Translations under genes and position numbers: made by a program
Part shown: positions 55,698 to 64,000 of the stretch, one piece after another
Layout: each line of letters opens with the position of its first letter
Numbering within the stretch: position 1 is the stretch's first letter
Source of the DNA: Candidatus Limnocylindrales bacterium
GTDB taxonomy: Bacteria > Desulfobacterota > Binatia > UBA1149 > CAITLU01
Direction: 5' to 3'
Length of the DNA: 64,000 nucleotides
Assembly: GCA_035571835.1 (NCBI GenBank)
Contig: DATNBU010000041.1
Span: 11,955 to 75,954, forward strand
The notes under the pieces: generated by a model
What the model was told of the DNA's origin: nothing
Databases searched by the model: none
The model's input: the letters and a program-made list of their open reading frames with translations, nothing else

Positions 55698-57716
55698 TCA
55701 GAACTCGAAGGCTTCGACTGGAATATCTCGCGCCTTCTCGCATTCGGCCTTGAAGTCGTAGGGCACCTCGCCGGCGCAGTCCGGCCACTGTCCGCTCGAT
55801 AACCAGAACTCGACGAGGCCGAGCCGCGCGCAAAGCGGCACGAAGCGCGGATCACTCCGCAGCTCGGGCATGCCGGCGTGAAAGAGCAGGGCGGTGCGGT
55901 AGCCGTCGGGGCCCATGATGTCGTCGGCCGCTCCGCGCGGCCCGAGACGAGCGCCCTCGGCGATGCGGTAAGCCTCGTCGACGAGGCCGAGGTGCGCCGC
56001 GTACACGAGGCGCGAGACATCGACGCCGCCGGTCCTTTGGAAATGCTCCTCGAGCGCGCGCCGTATGCCGCCGATGCGCTCCGGCGTCGGATCGCGCTTG
56101 GCCTGGATGAACGTGACGCCGTCCTGGAATTCGCGCAGCGGAAAGTTCGCCGCCGGGTCGAGAATGCGATCGACCGCCGCCCAGTCCCCGAGAAACGCTT
56201 TGGCCCGCAGCAGATTCGCGACGGGGAAACTCATCTCCGGCACGCGTTTCATCAGGTCTTCGAGATCGGGCACGGCTTCCGCGACGCGTCCGGCGGCCAT
56301 TCTCGCCAGCGCGATCATGTTGCCCCAGCCCGGATTTCGCGCGTCGAGCCGATAGGCTCGCTCGGTCTCTTCGAGGCTCTCGCGAACCAGGCCGACGTTG
56401 CGGATGTACCAGCCGAGAAAAATTCGGCCGGCTCCGACACCGGGCGTGCGCCGGATGCGCTCGACGATCGGCACGTGCTCGCCGAAACGTCCGAACGGCG
56501 CGATCGTAAACAGCCGCGCGACGAGAGCATCTTCGTTCTGCGGATCGAGCGTGAGAGCGCGGTCGCATTCGCGCGCAACGAGGTCGGCGTTCGCCGCGCG
56601 TTCGGCGAACGGCTGGTAGAAGCGCAGCCACGCGCGCAGGTACGCGAGCCGGCCCCAGGCCTCCGCGAAGTGCGGCGCGCGCTGCGTGGCGATGTCGAGG
56701 AGGCCGACGTTGGTGCGCAGCTCGTCGGGTGAGAACGAGTGAGGGCTGGCCCGCAGGTAGAGGTCGTAGACCGCCGGATCGATCGCTTTGGTCGAAAAGC
56801 TCGTGAAGGTGCGGTCTAGCGCGGCCGCGATCTCCTCGGAGATCTCGTCCTGCACGGCGAACACGTCCTCGAGGCTCCGGTCGTAGCGCTCCGACCACAG
56901 GATCGTTTGCGAAGCGGCTTCGACGAGGTTCGCCGAAATGCGCACGCGCCCGCCGGCGCGCCGGATCGAGCCGTCGAGGATGTGCGTGCACCTGAGCTCG
57001 TCGGCGACCTTGCGCGCAGTCTTGTCGGCGCCGCGGAACTGAAAGCTCGAAGTCCGGCCGATCACTTTCATGCTGGCGCCGCGCGCCAGGCGCTGGATGA
57101 TGTCTTCGGAGACGCCGTCGGAGAAGAACTGCATCTCGCGGTCGTCCGAAAGGTTGTCGAACGGGAGCACGGCAAGCAGCGGCTCGCGGTTTCTCGGCGC
57201 AGCGGCCGACACCGCGGCTCCCACAGCGGTAAGCGCAAAGGCCTCGATCGTCTCGGACATCTTGTCGAGCTGAAGATCGCCGCGCGAGACGAGGCGTTCG
57301 GCAAGCGGGCCCCGGATCGTGCGCCGCACGTCGGCCGAGACGAGCGCGGAGCCGGGATCGCTGCGAGCCATGAGGCGGGCCGCAACATTGACGCCGTGGC
57401 CGAGCAGGTCGCCGCCCGGCTGGACCACGACGTCGCCGAGATGCACGCCGACGCGCACCTTCGGCACGCACTGCGCGGCCAGCGCGAACGCGACTTCGAC
57501 CGCGGCCACGCTCGACCCGAACTCGAGCATGAAGCCGTCGCCGGCGCTGTTGAAGATGCGGCCGCCGCGCGGGGCGGCGATGCTTTCGATTACGCTGCGC
57601 AGTGCCGCGACTTCGGCAGTGGTGGCGTCTTCGTCGGCTTCGGTTCGCGCGGAGTAGCCGGCGACGTCGAGGGCGACGATGGTGGTCAGGCGGCGGGGGC
57701 GCGGGTCTTCAGGCAT
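55698..57716 (-). CDS. class III adenylate/guanylate cyclase domain protein with C-terminal TolB-N-like and TPR-like regions
   Basis: Cyclase core IVALDVAGYSARTE...FNSAGDGFMLEF...VRVGVHLGDV...GHGVNVAARL. Confidence 0.75.
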   Translation of the reverse strand: MPEDPRPRRLTTIVALDVAGYSARTEADEDATTAEVAALRSVIESIAAPRGGRIFNSAGDGFMLEFGSSVAAVEVAFALAAQCVPKVRVGVHLGDVVVQPGGDLLGHGVNVAARLMARSDPGSALVSADVRRTIRGPLAERLVSRGDLQLDKMSETIEAFALTAVGAAVSAAAPRNREPLLAVLPFDNLSDDREMQFFSDGVSEDIIQRLARGASMKVIGRTSSFQFRGADKTARKVADELRCTHILDGSIRRAGGRVRISANLVEAASQTILWSERYDRSLEDVFAVQDEISEEIAAALDRTFTSFSTKAIDPAVYDLYLRASPHSFSPDELRTNVGLLDIATQRAPHFAEAWGRLAYLRAWLRFYQPFAERAANADLVARECDRALTLDPQNEDALVARLFTIAPFGRFGEHVPIVERIRRTPGVGAGRIFLGWYIRNVGLVRESLEETERAYRLDARNPGWGNMIALARMAAGRVAEAVPDLEDLMKRVPEMSFPVANLLRAKAFLGDWAAVDRILDPAANFPLREFQDGVTFIQAKRDPTPERIGGIRRALEEHFQRTGGVDVSRLVYAAHLGLVDEAYRIAEGARLGPRGAADDIMGPDGYRTALLFHAGMPELRSDPRFVPLCARLGLVEFWLSSGQWPDCAGEVPYDFKAECEKARDIPVEAFEF

Positions 57717-57828
57717 GGGCGGGCTCGGCGCTTCCTCCTTTGCAATAGGGAGTGGAGGAATGCCACACTCGCCCGGTCCGGTCCGTGACCGGGGACCTCA
57801 GCTTCGTCCGAAATTTGATGGAGGGACC

Positions 57829-59229
57829 ATGATCATTCTCGCTCGCGCGCTCGCGCTTGTCGTACTCGTCTGCAACGCGGCTGCCGCCGGAACGCTGTAT
57901 GTCTCCGCTTCGGCCGGAGACGACGCCAATGCATGCACGCTGGCCGCGAGTCCCTGCAAAACGGTGGGGCGGGCGCTGGACGTCGCCGTCTCCGGAGACT
58001 CGGTGCAAGTCGCGCCCGGCACCTACACCGAAAGCAACTCCGTGATCAATGCGGGCGACATAGAGATCTCCGGCGGGTGGGATGACGGCGTGTCCGATCC
58101 GAACGACGCTACCGTGATCGAGCCTCGGCATGATCGAGGCCTGGCGTTCACCTACGACGGCACCAATTCCGGTACCGTCGCGCTTCGCGACCTGACGATT
58201 CAGAAGACCCGGTACGGACACCGCTCCGACCTCGTCAACGCGTACGGCGACAACACGTACAGCGCGTACGGCGGCGGGTTGTTCGTCCTCGCGAGCGGGA
58301 ACGCCTCGGTCGGCGTCGTCATCGATCACGTCTCGTTCGTGAAAAACAGGAGTCCGTTGGGCGGTGGCGCGGCACTGATCGCCTCCGGCGATGCGAGCAT
58401 GACGGTGACGGTCGCAGACAGCGTTTTCTCCAAGAACAGGGCGTCTACCGCAGGCGGCCTCTTCGTTCTCGATGACAGCGCATTGATGCCCAACATCAAT
58501 GTCGAACGGACGGTATTCTCGAAAAACAACGGAACGGGAGCCATCTCTGCCCTGTTGGTTGCTGTACGACAGAAGACGGAAACCACCTCTACGGTTCTGC
58601 TCTCGCGGCTTACCTTCCAGGAGAACAGGGGTGGGACTGTCGACGTCGACGTGCGTGGCGGCGAACTGGATCTGCAGCTCGAAAACAGTGTTTTCGTGAA
58701 CAACACGAGCATCGACTGGGGAACGGCACTTTTCGCCATCGCGGGTCCGAACGCCGTGCCGGACGGTGCCGGCGGATACCAGCATGTGCCCGGCCATCTT
58801 CGCGCTACGTCGGTCAACAACAGCGTGAGCCACAACTCCGGTCGCATTCCCGCGCTCGTCGTGGAAGCAGGCAACTTCGGGTATCAGCCTGCGCAGATCG
58901 AGTTCGTGTCCACCAACGACATCATCTACGGGAACGCCGGTGGGGATGTGCTGGCGGTAAGCTACTTCGGCGCCCCTGTGAACCTGACGCGAGGGAACGG
59001 GATCCAGGGGCCGGCCTCGGGGGCATCCGAGGACGTCACCATCGTGAACAACAATATTCTCAACGTGGACCCGCGCTTTCAGAGCGCAAATTCGGACCTG
59101 CATCTGCGGGCGGACTCTCCCGCGATCGACGCGGTCTCGTGCGCGGCTTCACCGGCCGAGGACTTCGACGGTGAGGTGCGGCCGCAAGGCAGTCAGTGCG
59201 ACATCGGTGCCGACGAGTACGTTCCGTGA
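57829..59229 (+). CDS. secreted right-handed parallel beta-helix repeat protein (DUF1565/pectate-lyase-fold-like)
   Basis: RBS GGAGGGA precedes signal peptide MIILARALALVVLVCNAAAAG. N-terminal segment GTLYVSASAGDDANACTLASPCKTVGRAL, and the C-terminus ends ...CDIGADEY, typical of this fold family. Confidence 0.65.
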   Translation: MIILARALALVVLVCNAAAAGTLYVSASAGDDANACTLAASPCKTVGRALDVAVSGDSVQVAPGTYTESNSVINAGDIEISGGWDDGVSDPNDATVIEPRHDRGLAFTYDGTNSGTVALRDLTIQKTRYGHRSDLVNAYGDNTYSAYGGGLFVLASGNASVGVVIDHVSFVKNRSPLGGGAALIASGDASMTVTVADSVFSKNRASTAGGLFVLDDSALMPNINVERTVFSKNNGTGAISALLVAVRQKTETTSTVLLSRLTFQENRGGTVDVDVRGGELDLQLENSVFVNNTSIDWGTALFAIAGPNAVPDGAGGYQHVPGHLRATSVNNSVSHNSGRIPALVVEAGNFGYQPAQIEFVSTNDIIYGNAGGDVLAVSYFGAPVNLTRGNGIQGPASGASEDVTIVNNNILNVDPRFQSANSDLHLRADSPAIDAVSCAASPAEDFDGEVRPQGSQCDIGADEYVP

Positions 59230-59253
59230 CGCTCTAAGGTCCGCTCACGACGG

Positions 59254-60579
59254 TCATGGCAGACACGTCCCTTCGCAGTGGAGCTCGAAGTCCTTGCACT
59301 GCGCCACCGCGCCGCCCGTATCGCAGCAGCAACCACCTCGCGGCAGCCCCGCCGGACCCAGGCACTGGGAGCTGAACGAGCATGCCGAGTCGGCGACCTG
59401 CTTCGGTCGACACGCCCCTGACGTGCAGAACTGTTCGTCGAGATTGCAGTCGGAGTCCTCGTCGCACGGGGACCCCAGACATACGCCGCCAAACTGGTCA
59501 GGATCGCCGCATTCGCATGTGCCACCGGAGATCCGGATGCACTTGTCCTGCGTGCTGCACACGCCAGTCGAAGTCGCTGTGGAACAGCAACACTCGGGCG
59601 GCCAGTCTCCGTCCACGAACTCATCCCCACCACCGCACGCGGAGGTAGACGAACAAGGGGAATCGAGCTCTTGCTTCATGCGACAGACGCCTCCACTGCA
59701 GAACTGCGACTCAACGGCACCGCACTTGTCGCTCTCGGTAGCCGTGTTGCAGTCATCGTCGCTTTGGCACGCCGTACCCGGGCACTGCGCGAGACTGAAG
59801 ACAGCAGCGCCCGCCCGGGATGCGGTCGTGCAGTCAGAAAGCGTGTCGCAGAATCCGAGACCTACGCCGGTAACACAGTTCTCGGCGTCATTCAGGACGC
59901 AGCAGCATCCGGACAGGCAATCGTCGTCCGCCCGGCACCCGCGACTCAGGCTGAGCCTGTCCTCGCACTTGCTCCTGGGAGTGATGCATCGCTGCGTTGC
60001 ACTGCAGTCGGAGTCGTCGGAACACTGAGTCGTGCAGTCAACTGTCCCTCCGCAGCCGTTCGCGATCGTTCCGCAGGTCGCCCCGACGTCGTCGCACGTC
60101 AGCGGCGTGCAGCCGCAGACGTTCGGCGTACCACCACCTCCGCACGTATCGGGTACGGCGCAGCTGCCGCAGCTCAGGCGTCCGCCACAGCCGTTGGAAA
60201 TCGTGCCGCAGGTTTTCCCCTGAGCCGCACACGTCGTCGGCGTACAGCCGCAGACGTTCGGCGTCTCCGCCCCACAGGTCTCCGGGAACGTACAGGTGCC
60301 GCAATCCAGCGTGTCAGGACAAGTCCCGTTGGGAATGCTGCCGCAGTTTTTGCCCTGCGCGGCGCACGTCGTCGGCGTACAGCACGTACCGAACGATTGA
60401 GAGCCCGGCGGGCCGGCGCCGACGCATGTCCGGCTGCAGCAGCTCTTGTTGCTCAGACATGGCTGGCCGGCTGGCCGGCACGGGTCGGCTTGGGCTGCGC
60501 GCGCAACGAGCGCGGCGGCAAGGAGGAGCGTGAGTGAGAGAGCACGGCAGAACAGGTTTGCGTGAGAGGATTGCCTCAT
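59254..60579 (-). CDS. secreted cysteine-rich repeat protein (repeated C..TTCAAQGK.CG.I.NGCGG.L.CG.C..P.TCG....NVCGC units)
   Basis: Signal peptide MRQSSHANLFCRALSLTLLLAAALVARAAQA. At least 3 tandem Cys-module repeats are related to the Cys module of 52265..53023 and 53582..54109. Confidence 0.7.
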   Translation of the reverse strand: MRQSSHANLFCRALSLTLLLAAALVARAAQADPCRPAGQPCLSNKSCCSRTCVGAGPPGSQSFGTCCTPTTCAAQGKNCGSIPNGTCPDTLDCGTCTFPETCGAETPNVCGCTPTTCAAQGKTCGTISNGCGGRLSCGSCAVPDTCGGGGTPNVCGCTPLTCDDVGATCGTIANGCGGTVDCTTQCSDDSDCSATQRCITPRSKCEDRLSLSRGCRADDDCLSGCCCVLNDAENCVTGVGLGFCDTLSDCTTASRAGAAVFSLAQCPGTACQSDDDCNTATESDKCGAVESQFCSGGVCRMKQELDSPCSSTSACGGGDEFVDGDWPPECCCSTATSTGVCSTQDKCIRISGGTCECGDPDQFGGVCLGSPCDEDSDCNLDEQFCTSGACRPKQVADSACSFSSQCLGPAGLPRGGCCCDTGGAVAQCKDFELHCEGTCLP

Positions 60580-61089
60580 GACGTCCTCCGTTCGATCCGG
60601 GGCGGGAAAGCGCAGCTCAGCGGTGCGTGGGTGTTTCTTAGCTGTCGTCGTTTTGACTTGTCGAGCGCGGCGCGCACCTGACAGAGTCGGCAGCGTCGGA
60701 AAAATGAGATCGAGCTACCGCATTGGGTGATACATAGAGGTGCGCTTAAGCGAAGTCCGAGCGATACCCAATTCCGCGGCTGGTCGTCCACCGGCCGCAG
60801 CTGGCGCCTCGAAAACTTGATCGGAAATCCTCGAAGCGTTCCGCGCAACCGGTGTCGATCAGCCGCCCGCTGGCTGATGCTCGACCGAGAGGCGTCCGTC
60901 GACGCTGCGCACGGTCCTGCACGCTTTAGCCTTCTCTACATTGCAGGTGATCGATCCTCGGAATGACACCAATGCGCGCGCACCCACGGCCGCGGGCATC
61001 GACGAGATCGAATGGAAATCAGTGAGCCTCCGGATTTCGGATCCTACGGACTCATTACTCCGACGAGCGCCGGTGTGGGAGCCCAATGC

Positions 61090-61810
61090 TTCTGGCTGTT
61101 AACCAGTAGATGCGCTTGCCACTTCGTGGTTAACAGCAAATGTTGTCCACTCTCACGATTCTCTCCCCGAAGTTGAGCCTGTGGCGCCCGTGAGCGTGAC
61201 GCGCGGGTAAAGTGATCCAAAAGAAAAGCCTGCGCCACGTTCCCGCGGGCAGGCTTCTCAGTCTGAGAGCACATCGGCTCCAATGTCTCCGGAACAATCC
61301 GGAGTATCCTTCAGGTTGACGACCTTTTGGGAAAGTGCCGCAGCCAGGTCACGCTCGGCGGCACCGGATCTGGCCCGGTGGCGTTTCCATTTCTTACTCC
61401 TCGATCACCACGAGCAACCTCCTTGCGGTGCTCAATCTGCAAAAAAAACACATGACGCTAAAGCGTCATGTCGAGAGGTGCACTTCTGATTTGGCTGTGT
61501 CAATCGACGTCCTCTCTGAACTCGAATTAATCAGTTAGTTAGAGGTACCGCGGCTTGGTGTAGGCGCTTCCATCGTCAACACGTCCTGCAACTCGGCGTT
61601 TTCTGGTTGGATCCGGTAGGACCTAGGCTCGAGCCATCGCTCGAGTACCGAGCCTGTTAACCACTCGCCATACTCATTGACGGTTGGTTAACAGATTCTG
61701 TTAACCGCTGCCCCGACTCTCTCACCGGAGAGGCGTCCTGAGAGCGAAATTCGGCCTCGTCGTCATCAAAACGGCTCTCTCAGCCGCTGCCTTGGTTAAC
61801 AGCGGGGCGT
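61090..61810. repeat. six copies of a 10-bp GTTAAC-centred motif (CTGTTAACCA / TGGTTAACAG), arranged as inverted pairs, in a gene-free low-GC stretch
   Basis: Copies sit near 61093 and 61132 (inverted pair), 61640, 61667 and 61679 (back-to-back), and 61795. A degenerate copy (CTGGTTAACTG) sits at 63483. Confidence 0.6.
61436..61470 (-). terminator. rho-independent terminator-like hairpin (CATGACGC-taaa-GCGTCATG) followed on the minus strand by a T8 run
   Basis: The + strand reads gcaaaaaaaacaCATGACGCtaaaGCGTCATGtcg. No gene was called nearby, so it may terminate an unannotated ncRNA. Confidence 0.4.
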
Positions 61811-62176
61811 CGAGACGCTGCCACTCGAACCCGCAAACCCTCGCGACATCGCGCAGGTTTCGGGCCGCTCCTTGCGGGGAGGCGGCGCGGCTCATCCGCA
61901 GGGAGAGAAAGGGTCGAACCCGCAGAGAATTTATTCGCGGCGGAGGTGTTACCGATGTGTCCGGTATGAAATGACACCTATGTGACCGGGATAGACTTTA
62001 GAGGATTGGCTCAAGCGTATGTCGGCAAGATTCGCTAGAGCCCCTCGATTACCTACTACGCCATGGTAAGAGCGAGCTCGGCCGACGCGCAGCATCATAG
62101 GAGACTCGTGGACAAGGGTTAAGTTGAGTTGAAAGGTCTGATCGCTGGGGCGAGGCTCTTATTCAGAGGAGAGGGA

Positions 62177-62659
62177 ATGGCTACCTACTTAACAATCGCG
62201 ATCGGTCTGATCTGGGTCGCGAATCTGGTTTGTTTGCTCATGATCTACTCAGCGCGCAGTAGGATGAAGTCCGTACTCAGTCTTGATCAATTCTCGCTGC
62301 CTTCAAATCAGACTCTTGCCATATTGCAGAAGCACAGCCGAGCGAGCGAACATCTCCGAGGCTACATCGTAAACAACGCGCCGTGCCTAATGTTTCCTCA
62401 TGGTGCGAGTATGTTTTCTCTCCTCATCACACTCGCCGGCTGGGTCTGCGTTGTTCTTACAATTCTTGCATTGATGAATCGAGAATGGACGCACGTGGCT
62501 GTGTTGGTCGCGACATGGCTCGCGTGCAACTTCTGTGGGTCAAGATTTAATCAGAATCTAATGTACGAAGAAGCGCTGAAAGCGATTCACATAGAGGACC
62601 GAGGGGTTTTCAAGACCTGGCTTGATCAATTCCATCGCGACTACAACGCCGCGAGATAG
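62177..62659 (+). CDS. small membrane protein, hypothetical (low-GC island)
   Basis: RBS GGAGAGGG precedes ATG 62177 (the ORF track starts at TTG 62129). Three or four TM helices. GC content is lower than the rest of the window. Confidence 0.5.
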   Translation: MATYLTIAIGLIWVANLVCLLMIYSARSRMKSVLSLDQFSLPSNQTLAILQKHSRASEHLRGYIVNNAPCLMFPHGASMFSLLITLAGWVCVVLTILALMNREWTHVAVLVATWLACNFCGSRFNQNLMYEEALKAIHIEDRGVFKTWLDQFHRDYNAAR

Positions 62660-62839
62660 AATGCGGGCCGCTAGGCGATATGACGGACGCGGAGAGATGC
62701 GTAGTTCAGCCGGCGGCCGCGACGTCTAGGGTCGTTCCGCTAGTATACAGCCCACCCGGTCGATGGCGCACCGATAGCAGATCTTAACTAGTCTCAGGCT
62801 TCTCCTGCGAGAGAAGTCTTTGCAGAGGGGCGAAGATCC

Positions 62840-63382
62840 GTGAAGGTTTCAGTACACGGACGAATTACCCAGGACGCTGAAGGGCAAGACCAAGCGCCTT
62901 TAACCATCGGCAGAGCGCGGGAGAAGCGGACTATACTGTTGAAATTGAGCCCTGGGTACGATCCTGCGAGTTCAGAACCAACTCGACCGTTTGGCGAGGA
63001 TGAATCGCCGATCGATGGACCGTGGGCGTATCGGGGATACTTGTTGCTGGTTGACGACGGAAGCGACGTGTCACTTGATGAAGCAAAGTTAAAGATTAAG
63101 CACGTCGTACTTAGCCGCGACAAAGGGTTCGATAAGATGCGGCGCGAGCTTGAGGCGCTTCAAAACGTCGAGAGAGTTGACGGGGCACGGCGCGAACGAA
63201 TTCCCGATTCGGTACGGCTTTTCGTCTGGCAACGCGACCAAGGAAAATGTGTCCGGTGTGGATGCAACAGCAAGCTGGAGTTTGACCATATCGTTCCGGT
63301 GATCAAAGGCGGCAGCGGCACCGAACGGAACGTCCAGCTTCTGTGCGAGCAGTGCAATCGCTCAAAGGGTTCAGATATCTAG
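62840..63382 (+). CDS. HNH endonuclease
   Basis: C-terminal CVRCGCNSKLEFDHIVPVIKGGSGTERNVQLLCEQCNRSKG is a classic HNH motif with a Cys4 zinc finger. GTG start. Confidence 0.75.
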   Translation: MKVSVHGRITQDAEGQDQAPLTIGRAREKRTILLKLSPGYDPASSEPTRPFGEDESPIDGPWAYRGYLLLVDDGSDVSLDEAKLKIKHVVLSRDKGFDKMRRELEALQNVERVDGARRERIPDSVRLFVWQRDQGKCVRCGCNSKLEFDHIVPVIKGGSGTERNVQLLCEQCNRSKGSDI

Positions 63383-63528
63383 GTGCACCGGCGTCCTAGC
63401 GCCTGTTGACCAGCCGAAGCTCTCGATGCCGAGTCGGAATTCGGCCTGATGAGGCACCATACGGTGCTCTCAGCCGGAGTGCTGGTTAACTGCGTGGCGC
63501 CGAGTGTCAGCTAGTCGACCTCGCTCAA

Positions 63529-63849
63529 TCACGCGCTAGCGGCGCGAAAGAACTTCGCAAACGACGCCAATAGCGCTTTCGGTTGATTGCTGCCGGGCAG
63601 ATCCTCGCGCCCCAAGAGTACGTCCACGCTAACTTTGTAAAGGCGAGACGCTTTAAAAAGAATTTCAATCGGTAGCGTCCGCTGTCCCTTTTCAATCTGC
63701 GCAAGATAGCTATGGGAGATCCCGAGCTGCACCGCGGCGACCCGCAATGATAGCGCTCGCAGCCGTCGGGCGGCTTCGAGCTGTCCGCCGACGATCTGCC
63801 GGAGCTCTACCGGAAACTGAGACGAAAACTCACGCATTACGACGTTCAT
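63529..63849 (-). CDS. XRE family helix-turn-helix transcriptional regulator
   Basis: LRALSLRVAAVQLGISHSYLAQIEKGQRTLPIEILFKASRLYKVSVDVLL matches the HTH_XRE pattern. Confidence 0.7.
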   Translation of the reverse strand: MNVVMREFSSQFPVELRQIVGGQLEAARRLRALSLRVAAVQLGISHSYLAQIEKGQRTLPIEILFKASRLYKVSVDVLLGREDLPGSNQPKALLASFAKFFRAASA

Positions 63850-64000
63850 CCTCTGCCGGCACGTCCTCCAACGTAACCTGCGCTAATTCCGGAATGTCAA
63901 GTGACAGCATCTTGCTGCACGAATTTGGCCAGTGCGAACGGATCTGCTCGATTGCCCACTCTGCATCAATGATTGCTGCATTGATTTGAGGGCTGTCTCG

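Noticed and set aside
61900-61930. tRNA-like T-arm (GGGTCGAACCC) suggesting a tRNA or att site at the island edge
   Set aside because: Flanking sequence does not fold into acceptor/anticodon arms, and no CCA-proximal acceptor stem complement was found.

Overview
High-GC (roughly 68-70%) bacterial chromosomal segment. The gene content points to a Myxococcota-like or related high-GC lineage (Myxococcus-type Cys-rich repeat protein, CarF/TMEM189-like desaturase, ECF sigma/anti-sigma pairs), held at low confidence. All calls come from reading the six-frame ORFs and the DNA; no database was searched. About 55 CDS are supported, plus terminator hairpins, tandem repeat arrays, and a low-GC island at the 3' end (about 60.6-64 kb) carrying an HNH endonuclease, an XRE regulator and a recurring GTTAAC-centred 10-bp motif. 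No rRNA, tRNA or CRISPR array was found.

Notable loci:
- A cluster of c-type cytochromes at 6.8-12.5 kb. It holds an octaheme fused to thioredoxin/TlpA-like domains, a tetraheme with a C-terminal two-repeat dockerin-like Ca-binding module, and a decaheme with an N-terminal dockerin-like module and poly-Thr linker. A Cys-rich disintegrin-like repeat protein, two paralogous secreted proteins of unknown function, and a membrane protein plus HTTM (gamma-carboxylase-like) pair follow it. I read this as a candidate scaffold-tethered extracellular electron-transfer assembly.
- A GTP cyclohydrolase II-like gene translationally abutting a gene for a fused SIS + creatininase-family (ArfB-like) protein.
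- A murein/GlcNAc recycling cluster (SIS, nagA, GlcNAc kinase, murQ, dipeptide epimerase) interrupted by a 1159-aa secreted alpha/beta-hydrolase with InlB-B-like repeat domains.
- A family of secreted Cys-/Thr-rich repeat proteins with tandem DNA repeat arrays.
- A 47-aa secreted two-Cys peptide gene with a strong RBS.

Many long antisense ORFs in the track are high-GC artefacts and were rejected.
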